The notes under the pieces: model-generated
What the model was told of the DNA's origin: nothing
Seen by the model: the letters and a program-made list of their open reading frames with translations, nothing else
Databases searched by the model: none
DNA from: Aeromicrobium sp.
GTDB taxonomy: Bacteria; Actinomycetota; Actinomycetes; Propionibacteriales; Nocardioidaceae
Assembly (NCBI RefSeq): GCF_037719875.1
Contig: NZ_JBBJMJ010000009.1
Coordinates: 31,869 to 95,868, forward strand
Direction of reading: 5' to 3'
DNA length: 64,000 nucleotides
Translations under genes and position numbers: made by a program
Part shown: piece after piece, positions 1 to 11,854 of the stretch
Position numbering within the stretch: position 1 is the stretch's first letter
Layout: every line of letters starts with the position of its first letter

Positions 1-3
1 GGG

Positions 4-56
4 CACCGCTCTTCGAGCTGATCGGCATATGCGGCTGATCAGCTCGAAGAGCGGTG
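4..56. terminator. Perfect 20-bp inverted repeat, probable terminator of the IDWD peptide gene
   Basis: CACCGCTCTTCGAGCTGATC (4-23) / GATCAGCTCGAAGAGCGGTG (37-56), just downstream of the minus-strand stop at 76. Confidence 0.75.
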
Positions 57-75
57 TGGTCGACGAGCTGGGAAG

Positions 76-249
76 TCAGTCCCAGTCGATCGCGTTGGTC
101 GCGGCGCCCGTGGGCGCCGGCTGGGGGGCATCCCAATCGATGCCCTTGACGATCTTGTGCTCCTGACGAGGCGCGGCCGATGCGGCCGGCGCGAGGCCGA
201 CTGCTGCAATGACCGACACAGATGCTGCGGCGATAAGACGCTTGAACAC
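76..249 (-). CDS. 57-aa secreted peptide with two (G/A)IDWD motifs
   Basis: GTG start after AGGGAGCAGG; MFKRLIAAASVSVIAAVGLAPAASA is a Sec-type signal peptide (ASA site); own promoter and downstream hairpin. Confidence 0.8.
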   Translation of the reverse strand: MFKRLIAAASVSVIAAVGLAPAASAAPRQEHKIVKGIDWDAPQPAPTGAATNAIDWD

Positions 250-300
250 GATGATGTACCTGCTCCCTGATAACAACAGGAGGTCCTCCCCCCCTCCCTG

Positions 301-329
301 ATTGTCTCCCGCAGCACCGAGACCGTCAA
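301..329 (-). promoter_or_regulatory. sigma70-type promoter of the peptide gene
   Basis: TTGACG-17 nt-GACAAT on the minus strand. Confidence 0.6.
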
Positions 330-353
330 TCACCTCGAACCCGATCGTGTCGT

Positions 354-800
354 TCAGAGGACGTTGTTGACCCGCTGTCCGGGCGGGGAGGACTCGAGCC
401 ACGACAGCAACCCGGTCAAGGCGTTGGCGCTCATCGCGAACTGGCGTATACCGGCCGCATTCTCGGTGGCGACGATGACGTGTCCGGCATGGATCGCGTG
501 CACCTCATGCCCGACCGGCTCCCGACGACGGTCGATGCGCACGTCACCCCGAGTGAAGCGATGGGTGGGCCGCATGGAGAACGAGAACGCGCGGAACCAC
601 TCGAGCTCGGTGTCGCGGTAGACCGCCAGCCCCAGCATCCAGCCCTTTGCCTGAGCCTCGGCATGGCGATTGACGCTCATCTCGAACGTGCCGCCCGACC
701 GGGCCAGGACTCGCCGCCGGACCAGCAGCCCGACGACCAGCAGCACCGACAGGCCGAGGATGACCGCAAGGGAGTCTACGAACCACAACCACACTGGCAT
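354..800 (-). CDS. DUF2550-family membrane protein
   Basis: ATG at 800 after GGAGGGAGG; N-terminal TM; C-terminal GLLSWLESSPPG; usual position after atpC in actinobacteria. Confidence 0.85.
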   Translation of the reverse strand: MPVWLWFVDSLAVILGLSVLLVVGLLVRRRVLARSGGTFEMSVNRHAEAQAKGWMLGLAVYRDTELEWFRAFSFSMRPTHRFTRGDVRIDRRREPVGHEVHAIHAGHVIVATENAAGIRQFAMSANALTGLLSWLESSPPGQRVNNVL

Positions 801-819
801 CGTGACCTCCCTCCGTGCG

Positions 820-1196
820 TCAGGACGCCTTGTCGATGAGGCGCAACTTGGCCTCGGCGCGCAGAACTGCGTCCTGATCGTCATCGGACTGGGCGGCCTC
901 GAGCTCGGCGAGAGCCTCGCCCGCATCGACCTCAGAGGCGAGGAAGGCGTCCTCGCTCAGGATCGACACATGGTTGTCGGAGACCGAGAGGAATCCCTCG
1001 GCGACCGCAGCGCGTACGACCTCACCGTCGACGGGCTTGATCTCCACGACCCCCGGCACGAGCAACGACAGCAACGGCGCGTGACCGGCCAGGACGCCGA
1101 GGTCGCCTGTGACCGTGCGGGCGGTCACCTGGCTCGCCTGACCCGACCACACCACGCGGTCGGCGGCGACGAGCTCGATCTGCAACGGGTCGGCCA

Positions 1197-1197
<1 letters not shown>
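820..1197 (-). CDS. atpC: ATP synthase F1 epsilon
   Basis: LQIELVAADRVVWSG...GDLGVLAGHAPLL; TGATG overlap with atpD stop. Confidence 0.95.
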
Positions 1198-3655
<2,458 letters not shown>

Positions 3656-3657
3656 CG

Positions 3658-5304
3658 TCAGCCCCGCTTCTGCTTGACGATCTGCTCCTGCTCGACGTCC
3701 TCGTCGGCCAGAGCCTCGTGCTCCTCGTGGCCGGCCTTGACGTTGACCTGGCTGCCGTCGCCGGTCTCGAACTGCTCGACGAACGACTCATAGGCACCCT
3801 CGAGCGCCTGCTCGTTGTCATCCTCGAACTTCCCGGACTCGCGGATGGCCGACAGGATGCCCTCGTGCGAACGCTTGAGATAGTCCAGGAACTCGGACTC
3901 GAAGCGGCTGATGTCCTCGACCGGCACCGGGTCGAGCTTGCCCGTCGTCGCGGCCCAGATCGACACGACCTGGTGCTCGACCGGGAACGGTGCGTACTGG
4001 CCCTGCTTGAACAGCTCCATGATGCGCTGACCGCGTGCGAGCTGCTGCTTGGACGCTGCGTCGAGGTCCGAGGCGAACATCGCGAACGCCTCCATCGCGC
4101 GATACTGCGCGAGCTCGACCTTGAGCGAACCGGTGACGGCCTTCATCGACTTCTGCATCGCCGCGCCACCGACGCGTGACACCGAGATGCCGACGTCGAC
4201 CGCGGGACGCTGGTTGGCGTTGAACAGGTCGGACTGCAAGAAGATCTGACCGTCCGTGATCGAGATGACGTTGGTCGGGATGTATGCCGACACGTCGTTG
4301 GCCTTGGTCTCGATGATCGGCAGGCCCGTCATCGAGCCGGCGCCGAGGTCGTCGCTCAGCTTGGCGCAACGCTCGAGCAACCGCGAGTGCAGGTAGAACA
4401 CGTCGCCCGGGTATGCCTCGCGGCCCGGCGGGCGGCGGAGCAGCAGTGACACGGCGCGATAGGCCTCGGCCTGCTTGGACAGGTCGTCAAAGATGATCAG
4501 CACGTGCTTGCCGGCGTACATCCACTCCTGGCCGATGGCCGAGCCGGTGTAGGGCGCGAGGTACTTGAAGCCCGCCGAGTCCGATGCCGGAGCAGCCACG
4601 ATCGTGGTGTACTCCAGCGCACCGGCCTCTTCGAGCGCGCCGCGCACAGCGGCGATCGTCGAGCCCTTCTGGCCGATCGCGACATAGATGCAGCGGACCT
4701 GCTTGTCCGGATCGCCCGAGTCCCAGAAGTCCTTCTGGTTGATGATCGTGTCGATCGCGATCGCGGTCTTGCCGGTCTGGCGGTCACCGATGATCAGCTG
4801 GCGCTGGCCGCGGCCGATCGGGGTGAGCGAGTCGATCGACTTGAGGCCGGTCATGAGGGGCTCGTGCACGCTCTTGCGCTGCATGACGTTGGGGGCCTGG
4901 AGCTCGAGCGCGCGACGCTTGTCGGTCTTGATCTCGCCGAGTCCGTCGATCGGGGCGCCGAGCGGATCGACCACGCGACCGAGGTAGGCGTCACCCACGG
5001 GGACCGAGAGGACCTCGCCCGTACGGCGAACCTGCTGGCCCTCTTCGATGCCGGAGAACTCACCGAGGATGACGACGCCGATCTCGCGGACGTCGAGGTT
5101 GAGCGCGAGGCCGAGCGTGCCGTCCTCGAACTCGAGGAGCTCGTTTGCCATTGCCGAGGGGAGACCCTCGACGCGCGCGATGCCGTCACCAGCCTCGGCG
5201 ACGATGCCGACCTCTTCGGTCGCAGCGGCGCTCGGCTTGTAGTCGGCCACGAACTTCTGCAATGCGTCGCGGATCTCGTCCGGACGGATCGTGAGTTCCG
5301 CCAT
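3658..5304 (-). CDS. atpA: ATP synthase F1 alpha
   Basis: [29 protein letters not shown]. Confidence 0.98.
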   Translation of the reverse strand: MAELTIRPDEIRDALQKFVADYKPSAAATEEVGIVAEAGDGIARVEGLPSAMANELLEFEDGTLGLALNLDVREIGVVILGEFSGIEEGQQVRRTGEVLSVPVGDAYLGRVVDPLGAPIDGLGEIKTDKRRALELQAPNVMQRKSVHEPLMTGLKSIDSLTPIGRGQRQLIIGDRQTGKTAIAIDTIINQKDFWDSGDPDKQVRCIYVAIGQKGSTIAAVRGALEEAGALEYTTIVAAPASDSAGFKYLAPYTGSAIGQEWMYAGKHVLIIFDDLSKQAEAYRAVSLLLRRPPGREAYPGDVFYLHSRLLERCAKLSDDLGAGSMTGLPIIETKANDVSAYIPTNVISITDGQIFLQSDLFNANQRPAVDVGISVSRVGGAAMQKSMKAVTGSLKVELAQYRAMEAFAMFASDLDAASKQQLARGQRIMELFKQGQYAPFPVEHQVVSIWAATTGKLDPVPVEDISRFESEFLDYLKRSHEGILSAIRESGKFEDDNEQALEGAYESFVEQFETGDGSQVNVKAGHEEHEALADEDVEQEQIVKQKRG

Positions 5305-5354
5305 AATGTGCCTGCCTTCTTGGATGTGAAAAAGTGCGGTCGGTGAGAGTGGTT

Positions 5355-6155
5355 CTAGCCTGCAAGACGCCGGCGGGCGACTTCGAGACGAGTGGACATG
5401 GAGCCGTCGACGACCTCGTCACCGACGGAGACGGTGATGCCTCCGACGATCGAGGGATCAACGACGATGTTGAGATGGACGTCCCGTCCGTACTTGCCGG
5501 CAAGCGCCTTGGCCAGCCGGGTCTTCTCGGCTGCGCTGAGCTCGTAGGCGACCCGCACCTCGGCCAGCAACCGGCTGCGGCGAGCAGCGGCGGTGTCACC
5601 GAACGAGGACAGGACCTTCTCGAATGAGCCGGTGCGTGCCGCGGCGGCCTGGTTGGCGAGCGCCAGCGTGGCCGGCGACACCTTGCCGTCGAGCAAGGAG
5701 GCCAGCAGGCCGGCCTTGGCATCAGCGGGGATCGCTCGGTCGGACACGACTCGGCGCAGCTCGGCGTCCGAGCGCACGAGACGCTCGATCTCGAACAGCT
5801 CGGTCTCGAGAGCGTCGAGCTTGCCGGCAGCATCGGCCGCGGCGACCTCGGCGGCCACTCCCGCAGTCTCGAGTCCGTCGGTCAGGTCACGCATCGAGGC
5901 CCAGCGCCCGCTGACGGCGGTGCTGAGCACCTTCAGCGTGTCCTTGCCGACCTTCTGGCCGAAGACCTGCTCCGCCAGTCCCACCTTGGCCGAGGCCTCG
6001 GTGGACGGGTCGGTCAGCACCCTGCGCAGGGCCGGAGCACTGTCCAGTGTCGACACGACACCGAACAGCTCGGTCCCGAGGTCGCTGGACGAGCGCTTCG
6101 CCGCATCGACTGCGGCGAGTACGTCGGCCAGGGACTTCGCTGAAATGCCTCGCAT
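5355..6155 (-). CDS. atpH: ATP synthase delta (long actinobacterial type)
   Basis: C-terminal [21 protein letters not shown]; operon position. Confidence 0.93.
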   Translation of the reverse strand: MRGISAKSLADVLAAVDAAKRSSSDLGTELFGVVSTLDSAPALRRVLTDPSTEASAKVGLAEQVFGQKVGKDTLKVLSTAVSGRWASMRDLTDGLETAGVAAEVAAADAAGKLDALETELFEIERLVRSDAELRRVVSDRAIPADAKAGLLASLLDGKVSPATLALANQAAAARTGSFEKVLSSFGDTAAARRSRLLAEVRVAYELSAAEKTRLAKALAGKYGRDVHLNIVVDPSIVGGITVSVGDEVVDGSMSTRLEVARRRLAG

Positions 6156-6697
6156 CAGTTGGCCGACTCCTCGAGCTCGGCGATGAAGCGCTCGACCGTG
6201 CGCTTCTGGCGCGCATCGTCATCGAGGGCCTCGCCCACGATGCGACCCGCCAGCTGCGTCGCCATCGAGCCGACCTCGCCCTTGAGCTGGGCGAGGACCT
6301 GAGAACGCTCGGCCTCGACCTGCGCATGCGCCGTCGAGGTGATGCGCTCCGCCTCGGCCTGCGCCTGGGCGCGGAGCTCGGCGATGATCTGTGCGCCCTG
6401 CTCCTTGGCTTCCTCACGGATCGCCGCGGCCTCACTGCGAGCCCCGGCGAGCTGCTCGGTGTACTTGTCGAGCGCCTCCTTGGCTTCCTTCTGGGCAGCC
6501 TGTGCTTCCTCGATGCCGCCCTCGATCGCGGCTGTGCGATCGGCGTAGGCCTTTTCGAACATCGGCACGACGATCTTCCAGATCAACAGGAAGAGCAGAG
6601 CGAAGAAGACCAAGCCGATGATGATCTCCGCCGTGTGCGGAATCAGAGGATTGAGCTCCTCTGTCTCCTCGGCCGCCGCGAGACGTGTCGTGATCAT
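6155..6697 (-). CDS. atpF: ATP synthase F0 b
   Basis: NPLIP-TM-coiled coil; ATG at 6697 after GAAGG. Confidence 0.93.
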   Translation of the reverse strand: MITTRLAAAEETEELNPLIPHTAEIIIGLVFFALLFLLIWKIVVPMFEKAYADRTAAIEGGIEEAQAAQKEAKEALDKYTEQLAGARSEAAAIREEAKEQGAQIIAELRAQAQAEAERITSTAHAQVEAERSQVLAQLKGEVGSMATQLAGRIVGEALDDDARQKRTVERFIAELEESAN

Positions 6698-6725
6698 AGG
6701 TGCGCCTTCTGTCGAGAGATCGGAA

Positions 6726-6950
6726 TCAGGTGTTGGTCGACTTGAGGACGAACGCCAGGGCGAGCCCGATGATGAAGAACTGCTCCGCGAGAACGAAGCC
6801 AAGGATCGCGATCTGGCGCAACTTGGCCTCAGCCTCGGGCTGACGCGCGACACCGGTGACGAACGCGGCGAAAATCAAGCCAACGCCGATACCGGGGCCG
6901 ATCGCGGCGAGGCCGAGACCGACCATGTTCAGTGTGCCGATGGACTCCAC
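6726..6950 (-). CDS. atpE: ATP synthase F0 c
   Basis: [21 protein letters not shown] proton-binding Glu; RBS AAAGGA. Confidence 0.95.
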   Translation of the reverse strand: MESIGTLNMVGLGLAAIGPGIGVGLIFAAFVTGVARQPEAEAKLRQIAILGFVLAEQFFIIGLALAFVLKSTNT

Positions 6951-7025
6951 GGCATTTCCTTTCGTTGTGACGCTCAGGTGAGCATCGCTATTGGGGCGGT
7001 GCGTATGAAGTTGTGGGCTGGGGAC

Positions 7026-7826
7026 TCAGTGCTCGTCGGCGATCGCTTCGCTGATGTACATCGAGGTGAGGAGGGTGAAGACGTACGCCTGGAGGAACAT
7101 CACGAGTATTTCCAGGAAGCTGATGGCAATGGCCAGGACTACTGAGAAGACGCCTGCGACCTTGTTGAGGAGCGGGTCGGAGTGCAGCAGGAGGTATTCG
7201 CCACCGAGGGCGAACAAGATCACGAGCAGGTGGCCGGCGAACATCGTCGCGAACAGACGAAGCGTCAGTGTGATGGGTCGCAGGATGATGTTGGACAGGA
7301 ATTCCAGTGGCACCAGCAGTGGCAGGATCCACCAGTCCATGCCGGGCGGCACCGTTTCATGCTTCAGGTAGCCGAAGAAGCCCTTCTTGGCGATGCCCGC
7401 GCCGTTGTAGACCAGCCAGGCCAAGACCGCGATCCCCAAGGGATAACCGATGTGCGACATCGACGGGAACTGGACCGCCGGGATGATCCCATAGAAGTTG
7501 TTGACCAGCACGAAGAGAAACAGAGAGAACAGGAAGGGGACGAACTTCTTGAAGTCCTGCGACCCGATGTTCTCCCGTGCGATGCCGTTGCGGACGAAGC
7601 CGTAGACGAGCTCCCCCGCGAACTGCATGCGCCCCGGCACCACGGCAGCGGGACGAGCCATCGAATAGAACAGCCCGACGATGAGAAGAGTCGACAACGC
7701 GACTAGAAGCATCGGCTTCGTGACGCCGAGCTCGCCGATGTGGAAGATCGCCGGAAGATCGAAATCGGCGGGACCAGGGCTGGGCGGCTCCGCCGAAGCG
7801 GCGAACGTGGTCAAGGCGAGTGTCAC
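7026..7826 (-). CDS. atpB: ATP synthase F0 a
   Basis: LRPITLTLRLFATMFAGH, LQAYVFTLL. Confidence 0.95.
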   Translation of the reverse strand: MTLALTTFAASAEPPSPGPADFDLPAIFHIGELGVTKPMLLVALSTLLIVGLFYSMARPAAVVPGRMQFAGELVYGFVRNGIARENIGSQDFKKFVPFLFSLFLFVLVNNFYGIIPAVQFPSMSHIGYPLGIAVLAWLVYNGAGIAKKGFFGYLKHETVPPGMDWWILPLLVPLEFLSNIILRPITLTLRLFATMFAGHLLVILFALGGEYLLLHSDPLLNKVAGVFSVVLAIAISFLEILVMFLQAYVFTLLTSMYISEAIADEH

Positions 7827-7962
7827 TCGGTCACCTTCGGGTCATGGCGTGGTCGCCCGCGACTTTCGTCGATCAGGCATACGGCCAGCGTCATTGTCGG
7901 CGATTCCTACGGCCCGGAGGCTCCGGAGGATGTTCGCTGCTCCAGAGGTTATCAGGGGAACC

Positions 7963-8364
7963 TCAGTCGCTGTCACCCAGGTCATAGGTGGGCACACGCT
8001 CACGACGGAACGCCCGGATTTGCAGCAGCGTCCAAGAGAGCGACGCTGCGATGGCGGCAATGCCGAACCAGGCCGAGTCGACGTGCGTGGCCACTCCCCC
8101 GACGTCGAAAAGGAGCACAAGGACGATCAGCATCGCGACGGCCTTGGTCGTGAAGAAGGCCAGGGCGACCGGAAGCGACAGTGCCGCGCTGGCCTTGACG
8201 AGAGGGCTGAGGACGACGGGAGTCGAGCCGAGGAACAAGATGACCACCAAGCCGCCTATGACCGCCCCGATCACGCCGTCCCCGCCCGTGGCGATGCCCG
8301 CCGCAGCGGCGATGACGGCGGTGATCGCCAGCACGGGCAGGAGAACAGGACGCAGCGCACTCAT
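7963..8364 (-). CDS. atpI: ATP synthase protein I-like 4-TM protein
   Basis: Four hydrophobic segments; position upstream of atpB. Confidence 0.7.
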   Translation of the reverse strand: MSALRPVLLPVLAITAVIAAAAGIATGGDGVIGAVIGGLVVILFLGSTPVVLSPLVKASAALSLPVALAFFTTKAVAMLIVLVLLFDVGGVATHVDSAWFGIAAIAASLSWTLLQIRAFRRERVPTYDLGDSD

Positions 8365-8396
8365 GCCGGTCCCAGGATGATTCGCTCGTTCTTCAT
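8361..8396 (-). repeat. Truncated (32-bp) member of the 83-bp relay element family; mini-ORF MKNERIILGPA
   Basis: ATGA overlaps with both wecA stop and atpI start; shares GAGCGAATCAT core and GGCATGA end with the full-length copies. Confidence 0.6.
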
Positions 8397-9514
8397 GACC
8401 AGACCTTCTCTTCGAGCTTGGGCAGCAGGAACACCGCTGCGATGGTGATGACCGTCAGGGCGCCGAAGCCCACGATCGACTGCCAGCCGCTGAACAGGCT
8501 GATGACGACACTGCCGAATGCAACGAGTGCCGCGAAGGCATACATCAGCAGGACGGCGCGGCGGTGCGAATGACCGATCTCGAGCAGCCGGTGGTGAATG
8601 TGCATCTTGTCCGGGCTGAACGGCGAACGGCCGGCCCGGGTGCGTCGCACGACCGCCAGCGCGAGGTCGACGAACGGCACCAGCAGGATCGCGAACGGCA
8701 AGATCAACGGGAGCAACGCCGGGAGGAAGCTGTTCTGCGCTCCCCCGATGCCTTCGGAGATGCTGGTCGCCGGGAACTGGCCGGTCAGGCTGATCGACGA
8801 GCAGGCCAATACGAAGCCGATCAGCATCGACCCGGAATCGCCGATGAACATGCGCGCCGGGAAAAAGTTGTGCGGCAGGATGCCGATGCAGGCCCCCGCG
8901 AGAGCCGCGGTCAGCAGTGCGGCCGCGATGGCACGCGTCTCACCGTTCTCGACCGCGAGCACGAATGCGTAGGCGAAGAAGGCCACCGCACCGATCGCGA
9001 CCATGCCGGCCGCGAGCCCGTCGAGCCCGTCGACGAAGTTGACCGCGTTGGCCGTGCCGACGATCAGCACGACCGTGAAGATCATGGCCTGGACCTGGTC
9101 GAGGCCGATGTAGTTGCCGTAGAGCGGGAGGTAGACGAACTGCACGCCCTGGGCGACCACGATGATGCCGGCCAGCACCTGCCCCGCAAACTTGCTCAAG
9201 GCGTCTAGCTCATAGAGGTCGTCGACGACGCCGACCAGGCAGATGACCGCGCCACCGAGGATGACTGCCCGGGCGTCCTTGAACACCCCGTCATCGGCCA
9301 TCGAGAGGAACGGCAGGTTGGTCGCGACGAGGTAGGCGGCGATCAGCCCGCCCAGCATCGCGGGCCCGCCGAAGTAGGGCGTCGGGATGGCGTGGACGTC
9401 GCGGTCGCGCACGCGTGCAACGGCTCCGAAGCGGTAGGCCAGCATGCGGGCGATCGACGCGAGCAGATAGGTCACGCCCAGGGCGATGCCGAACACGACC
9501 AGGTATTCCCTCAT
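8393..9514 (-). CDS. wecA: Polyprenyl-phosphate GlcNAc-1-phosphate transferase (WecA/Rfe, GT4)
   Basis: GVVDD, NAVNFVDGLDGL, FIGDSG, HIHHRL motifs; multi-TM. Confidence 0.9.
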   Translation of the reverse strand: MREYLVVFGIALGVTYLLASIARMLAYRFGAVARVRDRDVHAIPTPYFGGPAMLGGLIAAYLVATNLPFLSMADDGVFKDARAVILGGAVICLVGVVDDLYELDALSKFAGQVLAGIIVVAQGVQFVYLPLYGNYIGLDQVQAMIFTVVLIVGTANAVNFVDGLDGLAAGMVAIGAVAFFAYAFVLAVENGETRAIAAALLTAALAGACIGILPHNFFPARMFIGDSGSMLIGFVLACSSISLTGQFPATSISEGIGGAQNSFLPALLPLILPFAILLVPFVDLALAVVRRTRAGRSPFSPDKMHIHHRLLEIGHSHRRAVLLMYAFAALVAFGSVVISLFSGWQSIVGFGALTVITIAAVFLLPKLEEKVWS

Positions 9515-9597
9515 GCCGCCACCTCCACCAAAGACCCACGATACGGAGGTGACGGCCTGAGCCCTGCCTCATGATTCGTTCGCTGACGCTCACTCAT
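9511..9597 (-). repeat. 83-bp relay element copy A; mini-ORF MSERQRTNHEAGLRPSPPYRGSLVEVAA
   Basis: 87-nt ORF whose TGA overlaps the wecA ATG; hairpin GCCGTCACCTCC/GGAGGTGGCGGC covers the wecA RBS. Confidence 0.8.
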
Positions 9598-9602
9598 GGG
9601 CA

Positions 9603-10253
9603 TTAGTCGGCGTCCTCGGGAGGTTCGATCGTGTTGTTGTAGGCGTGCAGCTGCTCGATCGAGATCGACCCGGCCCGCAGGACACGAGGTGTCGAGCCGG
9701 TCGCATCGAGGATCGTGGATGGAAGGCCCGACGTGCTGGGGCCGCCGTCGAGGTAGACCGCGACCCGGCCGCCCAGCATGTCCTCGGCGTCGTCGACGGT
9801 CAGCGCTGCCGGATCACCCGTGGTGTTGGCACTGCTGACCGCGAGCGGCCCGGTCTGCTTGAGCAGCGCCAGCGCGCGCCGGTCGTCGGGCATACGGACT
9901 GCGACGGTGTTGTGCGTCTCGCCCAGATCCCACGTCAGCGAGGGCTGCTGGCTGCAGATCACGGTGAGCGGCCCTGGCCAGAATGCCTCGACGGTCGAGC
10001 GGAGCCACGCCGGTATGTCGATTGCCAGCGCATCGAGCGTCGTCGGGGCCCCGACGAGCACCGGCGGCGGCATGTGCCGCCCGCGCCCCTTGGCATTGAG
10101 GAGATTCTGCACGGCCTTGGGACTGAACGCATCGGCGGCGATGCCATAGACCGTGTCGGTGGGGAGGACGACGAGCTTGCCCTCCTCGAGGGCCGCCTGG
10201 GCGGCGAGGAGACCACGGTCGAACTCCTCGTCCACGCTGCAGTCGAACTTCAC
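9603..10253 (-). CDS. tsaC: L-threonylcarbamoyladenylate synthase (Sua5/YrdC)
   Basis: PTDTVYG, KGR, WPGPLT, SSAN; leaderless pattern TAGGAT-6nt-GTG. Confidence 0.92.
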   Translation of the reverse strand: MKFDCSVDEEFDRGLLAAQAALEEGKLVVLPTDTVYGIAADAFSPKAVQNLLNAKGRGRHMPPPVLVGAPTTLDALAIDIPAWLRSTVEAFWPGPLTVICSQQPSLTWDLGETHNTVAVRMPDDRRALALLKQTGPLAVSSANTTGDPAALTVDDAEDMLGGRVAVYLDGGPSTSGLPSTILDATGSTPRVLRAGSISIEQLHAYNNTIEPPEDAD

Positions 10254-10283
10254 CCGGTCATCCTAGGAGGTCGTGGCACGAGG

Positions 10284-10778
10284 TCAGAACCAGCTGACCT
10301 CGTGGAGCAGGAATGCGATCGCGAGGAACTGGATCATCCGGCCCACGAACACCATCGTGAGGAACAGCCATTGGGGCTGCCGCGATGCACCCGCCACGAT
10401 CGTCACGATGGCAAGCGGCGGGATCCCTACGAGCGATGACACGAACGCCGTGAGGGCTCCTGCGTAGGGCCGGTCGAGCAGCCCGAGCAGCCAGTCGCTG
10501 ATCCTGCGGATCCAGGCGAAGAAGGCGTTGCGGGGCGGTTTGCGCTCGGCCGAGCGGATCTTGCGGCTGCCCTTGCGGGCGAGCTGGAAGACGAATGCCT
10601 TGCCGATCGTGGTCGCGATGACGAGGGACACGATGATCAGGACCACGCTGAGCTGGCTGTCGACCTTGAGCCCGATCGCGACCACGTAGGCCTCGGCGTT
10701 GATGAAGATCGGCAGCAGCGCCGAGCCGATGCCCCAGGCGAACGCACCCAGCAGCTGAAGAATCAGGTCGCCGCCCAT
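10284..10778 (-). CDS. Membrane protein, YqaA/VTT (DedA-like) family
   Basis: SALLPIFINAE, SSLVGIPP, GRMIQF; alternative GTG start at 10790. Confidence 0.7.
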   Translation of the reverse strand: MGGDLILQLLGAFAWGIGSALLPIFINAEAYVVAIGLKVDSQLSVVLIIVSLVIATTIGKAFVFQLARKGSRKIRSAERKPPRNAFFAWIRRISDWLLGLLDRPYAGALTAFVSSLVGIPPLAIVTIVAGASRQPQWLFLTMVFVGRMIQFLAIAFLLHEVSWF

Positions 10779-10836
10779 AAGATCACACACCCTATCCGCG
10801 AGGACAGGGTGTCAACGCACCACCTCGACCGGCTGG

Positions 10837-11769
10837 TCAGCCTTTTGCGGAAGGGATGCGCACGGCCGAGCTCAAGGCCAGTGCCGCGCTCAAGTCGCCC
10901 TTGACCCTCAGTGACCCCTTCATGAAGGCGATCGTCGGATTGAGGTTGCCGGTCGCGAGCTTGAGGAACTCCGCGCCACCCAGGGCGATCGTGACCGATC
11001 GCCGCCCCTCTCCGGCGGGCGTCACGGTGCATGCACCGCGGTCGATCTCGACGAGGTAGCGATCGTCCTCGGCAGGGCCGCCACCGATCTTGAAGCACGC
11101 CGCCACCCGCAGCTTGGCCGAGCGCTTCTCGTCGAGGTATTCGGGGAACCGGCGAAAGATCTCCCCGAGGACGACCGGACGGAAACCGCCACTCATGATC
11201 TCTCGCAGGTGTGCGTCCTTGGTACGCGAGATGACACCGGCCACCTCCACAGCGTCGAGGGCCGTCGGATCGACCGCAACGCCTTGGCTGCCCGGCACCC
11301 GGAAGACACCACCCACCTGGATGGCGAGAGCCTCATCGCCGACCACTCGGATGTCGCCGGCCAGCACAAGCAGGGCGGCGCTCGCGGTTCCCGACAGCAA
11401 TCGCAGGAACGTGATCGCGTCCGTCGTGATCGTCAGGTCGGGCTCGTCAGGACCCGATGGATCGACAGCGACCGAACCGTCCGCGAACGCCGCGTCATAT
11501 GACCCGTCGAGACCCTTGCCGCGCCTGACCACGAAGCGCACGATGCCGGAGACCTCGGCCAGCCGCTCGGGGACCGCGAACTCGGCGAACCGGCCGAATC
11601 CTGCGTCAAGCGCCGCCTCCCGGATCGGGTCCTGATCGATCAGGGCGCGCAGCTCACGGTCGGGTGTCTCGGCGATCAGGCGGGCAATCTCCTCGGCATC
11701 GACACCCGCGAATCGCTCGGCCAGCTCCTCGGGTTCGATACCGTCCAACCATGCGTGAAGATCGCTCAT
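10837..11769 (-). CDS. Tandem SCP2 (sterol carrier) domain protein
   Basis: Two SCP2-like repeats ending AGDIRVVGD and FMKGSLRVKGD; RBS AGGAGG. Confidence 0.8.
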   Translation of the reverse strand: MSDLHAWLDGIEPEELAERFAGVDAEEIARLIAETPDRELRALIDQDPIREAALDAGFGRFAEFAVPERLAEVSGIVRFVVRRGKGLDGSYDAAFADGSVAVDPSGPDEPDLTITTDAITFLRLLSGTASAALLVLAGDIRVVGDEALAIQVGGVFRVPGSQGVAVDPTALDAVEVAGVISRTKDAHLREIMSGGFRPVVLGEIFRRFPEYLDEKRSAKLRVAACFKIGGGPAEDDRYLVEIDRGACTVTPAGEGRRSVTIALGGAEFLKLATGNLNPTIAFMKGSLRVKGDLSAALALSSAVRIPSAKG

Positions 11770-11784
11770 CGCCGCCTCCTAGAT

Positions 11785-11802
11785 TCCTACCGTCAGGTAG
11801 GA
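11785..11802. promoter_or_regulatory. Palindromic operator candidate for the divergent TetR
   Basis: TCCTACC-GTCA-GGTAGGA between the SCP2 and TetR genes. Confidence 0.5.
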
Positions 11803-11854
11803 TCGGCATCACCGTAGTGACTGGAGTCGCTCGTGTCAACGAACGGAGAACGCG

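Noticed and set aside
288-294. Phase-variable G7 tract in the peptide gene leader
   Set aside because: Seven G in a GC-rich genome, outside the coding region and promoter spacer; no support
7827-7962. Relay element or ncRNA before atpB
   Set aside because: No ERQR mini-ORF, no ATGA overlap and no clear long stem; treated as ordinary promoter/leader
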